Of a DNA stretch of 64,000 nucleotides, positions 51,261-64,000 are shown one piece after another. Source of the stretch: Octopus bimaculoides (taxonomy: Eukaryota); contig NC_068982.1 in NCBI RefSeq assembly GCF_001194135.2, positions 122,974,007 to 123,038,006 on the forward strand. Reading direction: 5' to 3'. Each line of letters begins with the position of its first letter. The stretch's first letter is position 1. Below the pieces are notes generated by a model. It made no database searches. It saw only the letters and a program-made list of their open reading frames with translations, and had not been told where the DNA came from. A program made the position numbers and the translations under genes.

Positions 51261-52939
51261 TTATCCAAAGCTCAAATGACTGCCCATCCACTACCTTAAA
51301 CTTCTGACAGTACAATATATCAAAGTTCAGTGAGCAATAAAGAAATATAATTATAGGTAAATGTCATGTTCTACAAAGACATTACACTGTATTGAAATAA
51401 GAACCTATTTGTGAGTTTGCTTCAAGAGACTTTTTTTTTTCCTTGGCATAACTGATAATCACAGGCAAAATCATACATTTTTGTATTTCTGAGAAATTAC
51501 AACCAGTGATGAAAAATGGGTAAGAGTAGAGAGTAGATGAGGGTACAATATAAAACTACTTGACAGTTACCACAGTTTTTCTATGTTCAATGTCAACTAA
51601 TGAGGACATTTATTTTAAGTTATTTCTTTTGAAGTTTCTATCAATAAAAATATCTTTGTTAATTTATTATAATTCTGTATGCATAATTATTCAGTTTCTA
51701 TACAGCACAATATATATATATATATATATATANNNNNNNNNNATAAGAGTGGCTCAGTATTCTGGTTAGACTGTTGCACATTAGGAAATGAGTATGGCTT
51801 TGTGCAAGATGAAGTGAAGTGATGTGAGGTTAGGTTATGCATGTTGGAACCAATGTTCATGGGTTCCAACTGCTGCACACTGACTGGAAGGGAAGTTTTT
51901 ATTATTCAGAATCAAAGTAAAATCATGTGTTTTGCAAATATTTGGTATAATTTGATCTTTTACTTGTTTCTCTCATTAGACTGTGGCTATGCTGGGGCAC
52001 TGCCTTTATATGTTAGATATTCAAATATAAAATTTTACAAATACTTATTTCCATTCTCATGGCTGAGGGATGACAGATTCAGACACTCATTGTATCTTCA
52101 TGTTCTCTTCAGAATGAACAGGATCGCTCTAATTTACTGTTGGGAGTTAACACCCTTAACCTACACCTCTTTAAGGGCACTCACAGGCAGTGAGGGTTTA
52201 TGTTCTCACTTATTCTTCTCCAAGTCAGGCTGTCTTCCAATGCTGCAGAGCCCAGACCACCCACCTAATTATACTAATGTTAATATCACGTACCTGAGGG
52301 CAACACAGAAGAATTTTAAAATATTTAAAAAGTAATTATCATTATTATTAAGTGGGTGAATGTGTGTTTTTAAGGCTAAATTAAGAGATAAAAATGTCAT
52401 CTGACATCTCAAAAGCACACCAAAAGCTGCACTACTTTATTTTGTGGAAATGGAAAATGAATTAACTTACAAAATGAGTTAAAGTTAAACAGTTACGTTA
52501 CATATGCTGCATGCTTCAAAATGCCCAGTTAGCCATTTTATTCAGCAAAGCTTTTGTTATGCAATAGTTTTACATAATACCCATCCAACTTCTTTCCATT
52601 ATTCCTAGGAGGATTGTGGGGATAGAGTCCTCCATAGGATCCTATCAGAATCAACTATCATTAGACTTTCCAAGCATAACCAGTCGAGACTATGGATATT
52701 ATCTAACTATCTCATTCTTGAATTATTTCTAGGTTTCCTGCTCCATAATATTAGAGCCAAGACTTCTCAATGTGTCCTCCTGTATAGCAATGTATTGTGT
52801 GACTAACTTTTGGTGTGAGATGGTTTTATCCACTGGATACTTAACTTACTAGTAAATAGGTTTGTTTTTCATTTTGCAACTATTTTAATTAGAAATTACC
52901 ATGGTAGACACAAATTAGGCTGAGTAATAAGAGGGTGGG

Positions 52940-53388
52940 CTCACATGATCAATGGAGAGTACACCACCAATTTGCTGAGGTAGATACAAAAAGCTATCAA
53001 GACCAACCCAAACACTCAGGAAAACTGACAGAAGGAGCCTTGCTCCAGCACACAAGTCCTTCATTTCAATGACTGCTATGCAATGACTATGACTTTGAAC
53101 TGGTTGATTGTACATACCACCCCCTATTCTCCTGATTTGGCTCCATCTAACTGTCATCACTTCTTGGCTGAAAACCAGTAGCGCAGTGATGATGACATCA
53201 TACCAGCAGTTGATGACATTTTTTGATCAACAAGATGAAAGCTTCTTCATCAATAGGATCCAAGCATTGCAATACCAATGGAAGAAGCGTGTGGACTGCA
53301 AGCAGGGCTATGTTGAAAAATAAACCTCATTTGGACACATTCCATGAGAGTATCTTGGTCAGTCTATGAACTTTTCAATTGACCCTTG
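52940..53388 (+). mobile_element. 3' half of a mariner element of the same family as 28885-30083
   Basis: HPPYSPDLAPS-like remnant, right TIR TCAGTCTATGAACTTTTCAATTGACCCTTG followed by TA. Confidence 0.8.
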
Positions 53389-55723
53389 TATATGTATAAT
53401 TTAAGGCTTTTCTATTATCGCCCTTATTAAGAAATTGCATTTGTTAATTAAATGCCTGGTTTATATTAGAATGGACAAAAGCAAGTGAAATACAATTTTT
53501 TACAGCCAAAAACAAGAGAAATGAATATTTTAACAATGCAAGTAGAAATAATAATATTCCACAAATTTTAATATATAAATATCACTAGTATTAAATATCC
53601 ATTTCAGATTAGTGTGACCCTATCAAAATGAGCATACAATATTTTAAAGAAGAATTAACCAAGCTAAAAACATTCAGCCAATACAGAAGGTTAAGTTACT
53701 TGAAAGTGATGATCACACTCATGCTGATGGTCCATGAGATATTTAAAAAGATATTGAAAAGTACGATCTTCGAGACTAGTGCTTCTCAACCGGGGTTCCC
53801 TGGAACCCTAGGATTCCGCCAGAATCCTAATGCTAATTTCATGATCATAATATTACTATATATGCACAACATATTATTGGTTATTGTAATATAGACATCT
53901 TCCTAGTTAACCTATTATGTTATCAAAAAATATATACATGATATTTTACCACATGAACTATGAAAAAAATATGAGAAAGATATGGTATATAAAGATATGG
54001 AATAAGCTCTGATAAATAATTTGGACTTGCTGATGGACAGTTTGCTACAGCTGTTTGAACTGTCAAATTATAGAACCAAAATAGTGCACTTAATTAACTA
54101 CTTGAAGATATTAAATGAACTAGAATAGGTTTTGAATATCAAATAGGTTGGCCTTTTTTGTCGTTATCAATAGTATAGCAGAAACAGTGACTTAACCACT
54201 TTTGTTGTGCCAGAGTGGTTTCCTGAAACAAGTACCTCACTCCATATATGTTACCACCTCTTCACTCAAGGGTGTGTCATGAAGGAATGACAAGTCAATA
54301 CATTTGCAGCATCCATGGAGCTATAATGGAGGCCAGAAATAGTACATATCTGTCTTAGGGTACCTCCCTCTAGGTTTTCTATAGCGGTTAATTCCCTTAA
54401 CCTCTTTTTTAATGCTCAATAAATTACCCCACATGGCAGCAGGAGTTTATTATTATAGTGGGCATTATTTGTGCAGAGCCAATCCCACTTTCCCATCCTC
54501 AAAACTTGTATCAGTCTGATGCAACAAGTGCCACAAGCTCAGTAGTTATCAGGGTGCATAATTTGTATAGAGTTACCTTCTCTTAGACGAGCAGCTAAAT
54601 AGTTGAAGGGTCTCATCTGTCCTGGGCCTATCAGTGAGTGACCTATCTGTGTGTGACCAGTGAGTGACATTCTGGAGGCAATTCCATGACATGCTAATTA
54701 ACCCTGACAGGTGCTACTACTCCAGGTCAGAGCAGACCTGAGAACAATTTCTCAAAAATCATGGAACTCTTGAAATAGGGCTCTGCTACCAAAGCCAGTC
54801 TGAAGTCATACTCGGGACGTGAATGTCAAATAATGAGGACAGAAAAATACTATGCTTAAGTACGGAAGGCAATAAGTCGAATAATATTTAATGGGATAAC
54901 TTTGAAGGTCAGCTATCTATCAGAGCCTACAGAAAATTTAAGAGATCTAAAATGAAAATAATTTATGTACATTTTCAGCAGTTGCTAATGTCTATAAGTA
55001 CAATTTCAATGTCAACAGTGAACTATCAAAGCTTCCTTCAGTGGCATCAATATAGATATGTCGTCAAAACGTGCACGACTGTAAATTAATAATCTTTCAG
55101 GATAGAGGAGATTCCACTACCAAAATTAGAAACTGAAGAATATCAGGACGTGGTCTCTTGGTAGCTAAAGACGTTGAACAACGGTCAATATAAAGATTTT
55201 TACCAGTTAACGAAAAAAAAGAAAGTTTGTTGGTTGTTAACTGTGTAGAAAACGAATATGAAAAAAAAATATGCGCAAACGAACGTGGGGGGAGGACTAC
55301 CGGAAAATTCTCAAGGTCCGATTTTTCCGTCATAACTTTCAGGAAAATGGATATATACATTTTTTTTTTTTTACGGAATCCCACGTTTCCGTTTATGGAG
55401 AATTCGATTCTGAAAAAAAATTGTTTGTAAAATTTGAATTCTTCAAACCCCTCCCACCTCCCAATTCTACGGCCTTGGCCTTCAAGCAGGTTATCCACAT
55501 GCTAGAAGTAACAGCCAAATCTCACAAAACTGCGATAACATAATGAAAGAAATATGTAATCAATCTGCCCATTTTCAGTTCCACAAACACGATGTTTTGC
55601 GCTGGTCAAATGATTCTCTTTAATTTCACTTTGTCACAGTATTTCTTTGCTATTTTTACTTTTCTTCTGCACTCATATTTTTTGTAACTTTCAAAGCAAA
55701 AAAAAAAAAAAAAAAAAAAAAAA

Positions 55724-55774
55724 NNNNNNNNNNNNNNNNNNNNNNNNNNNNNNNNNNNNNNNNNNNNNNNNNNN
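55724..55774. other. Assembly gap (51 N) after a poly(A) run; another 10-N gap at 51733-51742
   Basis: N runs. Confidence 1.
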
Positions 55775-58022
55775 AACACTTTAATTTCACATTACTGTGG
55801 GAAATTACTCTGAAAGAAATCTTGCCGAAATCTTTTGCAGAAAGGTGAATAGATTGATTATATATTTCTTTCATCCATTTTCCTGAAAGTTATGAGGGAA
55901 AAATCGGATCTTGTGAATTTTCCGAAAGTCCTCTCCCCCTCGCCAGGTTCGTTTGCGCAATTAGTTTTCTACACAGTTGTTAACACCCAGCAAGCTGGGG
56001 GGAGGGTATGCTTTCGTTAACGAGTGTGAATCTTCATATTGACCGAAACAACATGCAGAAAGCGATGGCAACAAAAAAGTGAAGATTATATAGCTATAAA
56101 ACGTTCTATAACGCAAAGTGAATTGTAAAACAATAATGCATTTATACTTTAATTGGGAGGAATTTTAGAAATTCAGAATATACTTAAAGATTGGCTGATC
56201 GTCGTGTCTATATGCGAGTTAACATACATACATACAAACACACAATCGTACCCTCCCATCTTAAATATCAACACAAACATTAACAAGAAAAAACGATAGG
56301 CACTCCCTCTGATCTCAGAAATATAAAAAAATAAAAGAATCTGAATTTTTAAAAAAAATCAATAACAAACAAACCACCCACAACACAAAGGAAAAACTAC
56401 TTCAGCAAGCCAAATAAACTTACTAACGAAAGTTTGAGAAAGTGAAAGTGGGACACTAAACTCAAAGATTGCTACTTCCGTTATCTCACATTAGCTGGTA
56501 TTACTTTGTTGGTTACTGAAGAACTATTTTCTTTGACACTGTACTGTGACTGGCTTTTTTTCTTTTCTAGAGAATATTTTAAGGTCCTTGTGTTTAAGAT
56601 GTGTAGTGCAAATAAATTAATACCAACTCAGATTTGAGAAAGTGGTACGCTATTCTCAAAGATCGACAGTAATTGCTCTCAACATCTGAAATTTTCATTC
56701 GTAACTTTCCAATAAAAGCAGATTGAGGACGAACATTTTGTTGCTACAAAATATAAGGAGCAATCTCGTCCTTTTCCATATGGACATTCGTTTGAGTAGT
56801 AGCTTGCGGATATAACAGTGAGATTGAACTAGCAGATAAAAAGTTCGTGTATTACACACACTAAATTATACAGACTATTTTCAAGTAACGATTTAAAAGC
56901 ATTGAGTTTTTCTAAAATTTAGTGAAAACAACAGATTTAACTGTTTTACTGAAGGTCACAGCAACCTTCAATTGATCCCTTTCTGTATTTGAGTGCACAT
57001 ATTTGTAAAAGAATGCTTAGATAGCAAAAACAAGATTCCTTTTGTTCACAAATACCAAGTAACAATTATTTCACCCAAACATTATGGAAACTTGCACTTA
57101 TTTATAATTATTACACTCTCAGTAAATTATTAAATATTTCAGTAGAAAATGTTATATAAAATATAGGGAGGACGTCAAGATTATAATGACATCCATAGAA
57201 ACCGAATTAAACTGAGTCAAAATTAATTTCTAACAAAATGCACGAAGAAATGAACATAGTGCTCATCATGCATTTCTCAAAAGATCAAAATTAAATACAA
57301 TTTTGCATAACACTCTTAAAATTTACGGAGGCAATAAGACGTTGTGATGGTCATTCATTAATTAAGGACACTAGTGATTCGGACAAACTGTCGTAAACTT
57401 AATTAAAAACGTATGACCGCGAAACGGCAACCCAATTCTTTCAAGTAAAAATTCATACTAAATTCCTAATATGCTGCGTACACATGCACTCGGTATGTCC
57501 AGTGGAATTCAGCTTTGCCTCGTATCCTTCTTATTAACATGCATTAAGAAAAGGACTATAAAGAAACTGAGACATTAATTAATAAAACTAACCCCCACGT
57601 GTCCGTGAAAAAATTAAAAGATACGTGCTTCAATGTAAAAAGAAAATAAAAATACGATAAAGAATTATTATCATTAGGCATATAAATGCCTACACATAAT
57701 TAAATGAAGCTCACACAGTCAAAACTAGTTAAATGAAATAAACAGGAAGGCGCTTTCTTGATTAAGTTGAAATAAGTGTGACAAACAAATCGCTTAATTT
57801 ATGAAAGACCACGGACGATCGTTTTTGTAATACAAAAGCAAGATAGAAATAAAATTTGTGTGATATGGTAATAAATACTGTAAACAGAATAGTCTTATAT
57901 TAAACTAAGATCAGTTTAGATCTCCACGTAGAACTTATGAAAATATATTCATTGAGGCATACAACGTGAAAATTTTCCTAAGACAATAAAGGAGGGAAAA
58001 AATTATTTTAATTGGTTTCTAC

Positions 58023-58193
58023 CTGCGCCTGTCCCGGTACTTGAGGAACTTCCATCTGACTTAATGCTGCACTCAAATCATGAATGTCGATAGAACCATC
58101 TTTATTTACATCTAGACGGTTAAAAAGTGCTGACAGCTTTTCTTTTTCTTCGCGAGAAAGCTCATGATGAGTGTTATCCGGAGAAGACGACAT
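58023..58193 (-). CDS. SLC25A25: SCaMC (Ca2+-binding mitochondrial ATP-Mg/Pi carrier; invertebrate co-ortholog of SLC25A23/24/25), coding exon 1, EF-hand 1
   Basis: ATG at 58193 in AAAATGT context. 57 codons MSSSPDN...LFNRLDVNKDGSIDIHDL...PGQAQ with an EF-hand loop. Ends at CAG|GTAGAA, phase 0, in frame with exon 2. Paralog symbol is approximate. Confidence 0.9.
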
Positions 58194-59500
58194 TTTATAA
58201 TCACATGAAATACCACTTACGCTCGCAGACAAGCAGAGTAAGACCGCAGCAAATGATGACTGGTGTGCGTGTTACGATATAAAAACTTCATAATTATTTT
58301 ATTTTTAATTTATAACATATATAATATATAAATGTGTGTATTCCATTGTGTAGGAATAAATATCTCTGAAATTAAATTTAAGTTAATTGAAATATTATAG
58401 TATTTGTACTAATGTTTTTTCCATAAGTGTAATTAATGTTAATAATGTTATTATTATTAGTAATTTATGTTCATTTTCATAAGTTAGAAGTCCACTCCTT
58501 ACAAGTGAATTGTGGGTTTTTTAGCATATTCTTAATTATCTTCGTGACACACCATGCGAATAGCAGTCGAAGGTGTGGAAATTATACTGAACGTAGATTT
58601 TTTTTTTTACATTTTTTAAATTTCTTGCAACAATAAAAATTTGCAAACATCTGCATACGTTTTAAATTTTCCAACTCAGAAGGACCCTTTATTATGCGGT
58701 CGCTCAACCGACTAGAAATAGTAGTCAAATTTCTTTCAAACCACATCTAACCGTTTCAAAAAGGAATGTATACCTTTGAATGCCGTTTCCGATATATAAA
58801 AAGACATGAGTATCATGACTGGAACCCTTTTTTTTTTTTTGATTCTTGATATGCCTGCTTAATCAAGTCTAATCTGGAGTTAAACAAGAAATTACTTTTT
58901 TTAAATGAAATCTGAAAAAGAAACGACAAAATCCAGTCTTATTTTCTTCATTCTTTACAATAATTATAATAATCCTTTGTACTATAGGCACAAGGCCTGA
59001 AATTTGGGGGGAAGGGATCAAGTCGATTATATTGAATCCAGTGAGTAACTGGTACTTATTTAATCGGCCTCAAAAGGATGAAAGGCAAAGTCTAGATCGG
59101 CGGAATTTGAACTCAGAACGTAGCCACGGGCGAAATACCGCTAAGCATTTCATCCCGATAATGTTTATTTAATTTTGTTGTGTTTTGTTTCTATAGCTAA
59201 TTAATTAGCTTATGATCTTTTATTTCAGGGAAAATGAAGTGTAGCAGTGTTCAGAAAAGCTACAAGCGGCGTACTGACTGAGTCAAAGGAAAAAGTATTT
59301 GGAATACTAGAAGAATAGTGAATAGGATTCAGTTACTTAACGTCGGCAGAATTTCAGATTAGGCATCCCATCCCATCTTTCATGAGAAAGGAAAATGTAA
59401 TCTTTTTTTTTCTTTTTATCCTTGTTCTTTCATTCAACGGAAATTGCGATTCTGAGTTTTTGGGGTTATTTTTATTCAAAATTTCGATTTTTCACATTTT
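58194..59500 (-). promoter_or_regulatory. Probable 5'UTR and promoter region of the SCaMC gene
   Basis: Directly upstream of the start codon. CpG dinucleotides are retained across about 55.0-59.5 kb but scarce in most intronic DNA. AT-rich TATA-like stretch at about 58305-58330. TSS not determinable from sequence. Confidence 0.5.
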
Positions 59501-61569
59501 TGCCACCCACTTCCGTAACTTTCTTCGGGTGTAGTTTTGGTATAGCCGTCCCTCTAAGTTTCATTCTTCAGTGGGAAGGAAAAGGATGGTTTCTTTTCTT
59601 TTCTTCTGGTAGAGAGTGGGGCACAATGAGTAAGATTTTCTGCATTTTGACTTCGAGAAAAAGTATATTTTTTACAAATGTTCACTACCTTAAAAAAAAC
59701 TATACCATCTAAACAAATGACCTTCTCCAAATACATTAAAAACACTATAACATAATTTGAACGCTATCTCAGAAAACTATCTCCATTAGCTGGGGGGAAA
59801 TGAGGAAACTAAGTAAGGTAAATTTGTCTCTTCAGTTCTCCAGAACTGCATTCGAAAAATGACTCATGCATACCAATATCCATCCTTACACAGAAAAATC
59901 AGAAATGCAACAAAAGTTTTAAATGTTTAGGTCAAATTGAAAGAAGATCATAAAAATGGCACGATATGAAATCTGAAAACAAAACATTCTCTATAGTTTC
60001 TTCACGATCTGCTGGAGTGGATCTCTTCATGATACATTTACACACCATGTAGTTAAAGAGAAAAAATTATTGAAGTTAGTCATTACTCATTTTGCCCCAG
60101 TTAGACATCATGATTTGAAAGTTGTAGATTATCAAATTAGACATTAGTGTGGGAGAAAAATTGACTTGTAATCCAACAGAGAAAAGAATATTGATTGTTA
60201 AGTATTAAAAATTATCCAGATATTTTATTAACAACCTCAATTACAAATCGAGTTCGAGTTGAAGAAAAATTTCTCGAAAAATAAGTACCTGTCACCTGAC
60301 TATTTTTCAAACTCTTTCAACTTCAACAACTATGTTAACCAATTTTTACTCCCAAAAATGATGCCATGGTACAAAATTATTATGACGTAATACTTGATGG
60401 CTTCAAACAGGAAGGGAGAAAATAAGAAATCTGAAATTATTCATGTTGCCCCCTCATACAACGAAAATTACGATTTTGACCAATTTATTTTCCAAAAATT
60501 TCTTTTTATATTCTGCTTCTTTTTTCTGTACCTTTTTCCTTTCCCATTAGATGTGGCACTTTGAAGAATAGCTAATCCAAAATACCCTCTTCTATGGGTC
60601 ATGGGTCTCCTAATCCAAAACTCTGCCTCAAAATAATGGCTGCAAGATTAAATGGACATATTACATTCAGAAATTATGTATTCAACAAGCGAGGTAGTGG
60701 TTGTTTGTTATGTTTAAGAAACACATATTTGTTCAAGTAAGATTACCAGTCTTTTAAGGGATTAAAGTCAAGACCAAAACAATTAAACTGCTGTAAGAGC
60801 CCTACATTTCATCAAGAATGTAGAGAGATTAAATGAAATTATTCAAGGAGCTTGTAACAGGTTTCAAATTTGTGGTAATTTTAATTATAGCTTTATAGAC
60901 TGAACACTTTAAAAGGGCAAAATCTTTTGTAGATGTGTTGGATTCTTTCTAATACAGTATACAAATCAGATACTAAAATATACTGAATTTTGCTCTGACA
61001 AAAGGTTTGATTATAGAAATTTTAAAGGTAAATTCATCCTTCAAGTGGTTTTGATCATAATGGGTTTGAACAATCTGATCTGATCAGATCAGCTGATATG
61101 TTTCAGAAGACTAAGTGCATATGTTCCAGATTTCAAAACAGAAAAGGAGCAAAATCCCTGTTTTACATGGCTAACTTCTTAATCAAAGAACTTCCTCTAC
61201 TAAATGTGTATAAACACACCATTTCCAATTTATATTGACAAAAATGCATCAAAGAGATTTTGGTTTTCTCCTTAAAATCAAACAATATTTCAATCTTGAG
61301 TAGTTTTCCTTTTTTAAAGACTTAAATATATCCCACTGTGATTTACAGCTTCTATATTTGGTAGCTGGTACTGCATAGATTTAAAATAAAAATACAATGA
61401 GCTAAGGAAAATTATTTGAATGGGCAAACAGCATGAAATCAGTTAAGTTGCCATATGCAAAAAGTTTTTAATTGAAATTTTAATAAAACTAACTACAACT
61501 GTTAATTGTTTAACACTTTTTTTTTCTCACTTGGTTTATCTGTCTGATACCTCTATATTTACTTCCCTC

Positions 61570-63000
61570 AAGAGCAGCTTCTTGTCTTTGTAGTAGGTGA
61601 TGCTGCTAAGCCAGTCAGTAAGAATTACATGTTCTTGTACAATCTGATTTTCTATGTGAGTGACTTGCACATATGCTACCACACTAGATGTTTTCAACAT
61701 CTCAGCAACTATCCTTGATGGTCTAACAGCTTTCCCTGGGAAACCACACAGCTTGATTTCAATAGCTAATCTCTCTGCTGGATTGACTTCAGCTAGCCTG
61801 TTTTTCTCCTCTACACATTCTCCTTTTTCAGCAGCTTCTCATAATAATATATCATTCATTCCTTCTTCTCACAACCAGTCAGTACAGCAGCTTCACTGTT
61901 ATTATAGACAAACGTCTCACCAACAATGTCTTCATACTGTCGATGCTTTCCCATCTAATACACCTCACATGGAGGAATATTGGTAATCCTCTTACTTTCT
62001 GTTTCTTTACTGAGTATATCTGATGTTTGGCTTCTCATCTAGTTATCTGATATTGTTCTCATAGTGTTTTAGCTTTCATGGCTCTTTCTAGCATGTCACT
62101 TTCAATTGTGCTGGAACTTTGGTCCCACAGATCTGGTCTGTGACTCACTGCAAGTTGTCTCATTGAAGCTCCCAATTATCCTCAACATTTATAGATTTCT
62201 TTTGAGCCTTGTGCCTAGAGTAGAAAAGAACATTTATAGATTTCTATTTTCTCCTTCTTCTTAACATAAATATCACCAAATACTTCTTCGAATATACATC
62301 TGGCTCAAGAATCTGTCCCCATTTCTTCCTTCTCCAGATTGTCTTTTGCTTAACACTTACCTGCTTTGATATCACTAATCAGAGTATTCCAAGTGGGACA
62401 TTTTTCACTGGAGAAAATGGAGAAAATATAGTATTGACAAGTATCTATCTATTCCATTTATTCTTGAGTATTCTATCTAATTTGCACATTTACCTGTGTA
62501 GTTTGTGATTAGTTAGCTGGTTGTTTCCTGAAATTAGTGTTTCAGATGGTGAGTCATTTGCATCACAAAACTCCATGAGCCTTGATCTCTTAATTCCAGG
62601 CATTAAGCCATAGTCTCCATATACTTGGAACAATTATTATAGTGTTGCTCAGCATATCCATTAAAGTCACCAGTTGGAATAATCAGGACCCTGTCATCTA
62701 TTGTGAAGATAATGCACAAGAGAGGCCCTTAGAAATGGTCATTTTGCTCATCTGTAAATCCTGATTGTGATGCATATGCAGAGATCACTACTGTTGCATT
62801 TCCTATAAGTTGTCCAAGTTTAATTATTTTGTCACATTCTCTGACTACCTCACTTACTTTATCTATGCATTTATGCATTACTTTGCCAATAACATGCCAA
62901 CTCTAACCACCCTAGTTTTGTTATTCACGCAGAAGGATGTGTACTGATATTTCTGGCCTGTGAAGAGTCTGATTAAAACTCCCCTCCATTTTGACTTTTG
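61570..63000 (-). mobile_element. Old RTE-clade LINE relic: AP-endonuclease and pre-RT region
   Basis: Minus-strand remnants IIKLGQLIGNATVVISAYAS, IIPTGDFNG, YEKLLKKENV, PGKAVRPSRIVAEMLKTS; the last two resemble 26253-26591. Confidence 0.7.
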
Positions 63001-63427
63001 TCCACTTACACTTCCACTCAGCAATTCAACAATTTATCTAAACCAAACTTTCATTATGCCAATGCTTTTAGTGACATCTCTGAGATTTGCATTAAACAGG
63101 GAAAGGAAAATTTCTAATGGTGTCTGAGTTGTTTGGTGTGTATTTTCTACATCTGAAATCACAATTATTTGAGGACACTTAAGTGCTCTCTTGTACAAAG
63201 CCAGATGTTCCCACCTGGCATCTCACTGTTGTACACAACACTAACATGGCAAATGTTAGTCCTATATATGTAATTAGATGTTCTCATTGACTTGATTGTC
63301 ATATTTTCTTGTGTTTTACAGTTGGATACTCTTCCTCTCAGAAACAACTTTAAAGCCAGGACTGAGTGAATTTCATTGTGTCACTGGCACAAAAAGGGTT
63401 ATCTAATATGATATTGTCCTCTCTACA

Positions 63428-63660
63428 TCATCAGCATCATCATTTAACATCCGTTTTCCATGCTGGCATGGGTTGAACAGTTTTACAGGAGCTGACAATT
63501 CAGAGAACTGCACCGGGCTCTTTTGTCTGCTTTGGCATGGTTTCTATGGTTCAATGCTCTCCCTAATGCCATGCACTTTACAGAGTATACAGGGTACTTT
63601 TTATGTGGCACCAATGCTGGTGCTCTTTACATGGTACCAGCACCAGCAGGGTTGCCAACT
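63428..63660 (-). mobile_element. RTE 3'-tail element
   Basis: (CAT)n tail plus conserved tail and subrepeat motifs. Confidence 0.65.
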
Positions 63661-64000
63661 AACTTGACCCCCTAGGCTGGGAGAGGGAGTAGTACTGAGG
63701 GAGGTGACTTTGTGCTGTGCTGATTGAGAGGTTACAGTATTAAAGACGGGTAGAAATAGGTGTCTTACTATACATGAGATAGAATTCGAGCAGGAGAAAA
63801 TGAGTGTTTGTAACTTACCAATGGTGGGTGGCAGGGGTAAGCTGTTGTTGGTTTCACAAACCAGAGATGGTGAAGTCGCCATTAACAGAGTGAAGGCAGT
63901 ATGTCAACTGAGACAATTGTCCCTTTGAGGCAATCTTACTATGTCTGTCAACAGACTCAAGTCGGCTCACAGTTTTTTGTTTTATATTTTTGCATAGGAG

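Noticed and set aside
55097-55543. Overlapping ORFs of 133, 90 and 67 aa in intron 1
   Set aside because: No recognisable domain, homopolymer-driven composition, and they lie on one arm of an inverted duplication.
58194-58232. N-terminal extension MSASVSGISCDYK in the ORF track
   Set aside because: It begins at a TTG, not an ATG. The first in-frame ATG is 58193.

Overview
AT-rich, repeat-dense animal genomic DNA with five N-gaps. The repeat families look like those of an octopus-type cephalopod; that assignment is inference. The window holds the 5' part of one minus-strand gene, a calcium-binding mitochondrial ATP-Mg/Pi carrier (SCaMC, SLC25A23/24/25 family). Four GT-AG coding exons (58193-58023, 37607-37481, 33658-33571, 387-276) join in frame into a 166-aa N-terminal domain with four EF-hands. 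The carrier domain lies beyond the left edge. The introns are 20.4, 3.8 and 33.2 kb and contain RTE and CR1 LINE relics, tRNA-derived SINEs, mariner relics (one with a solo LTR inside), hAT/piggyBac/Tc1-type MITEs, foldback elements and microsatellites. The best leads concern regulation of the Ca2+-sensor domain: (1) a candidate 9-nt (or 6-nt) in-frame neural-type microexon at the EF3/EF4 junction; (2) a CpG-rich candidate internal promoter in intron 2, with a Kozak-ATG exon that is in phase with exon 4; (3) a start-stop uORF just before the main ATG. There is also a decayed minimal hammerhead ribozyme and several long inverted repeats that could form dsRNA in the pre-mRNA. None of these leads is confirmed; all need RNA data or cross-species alignment.
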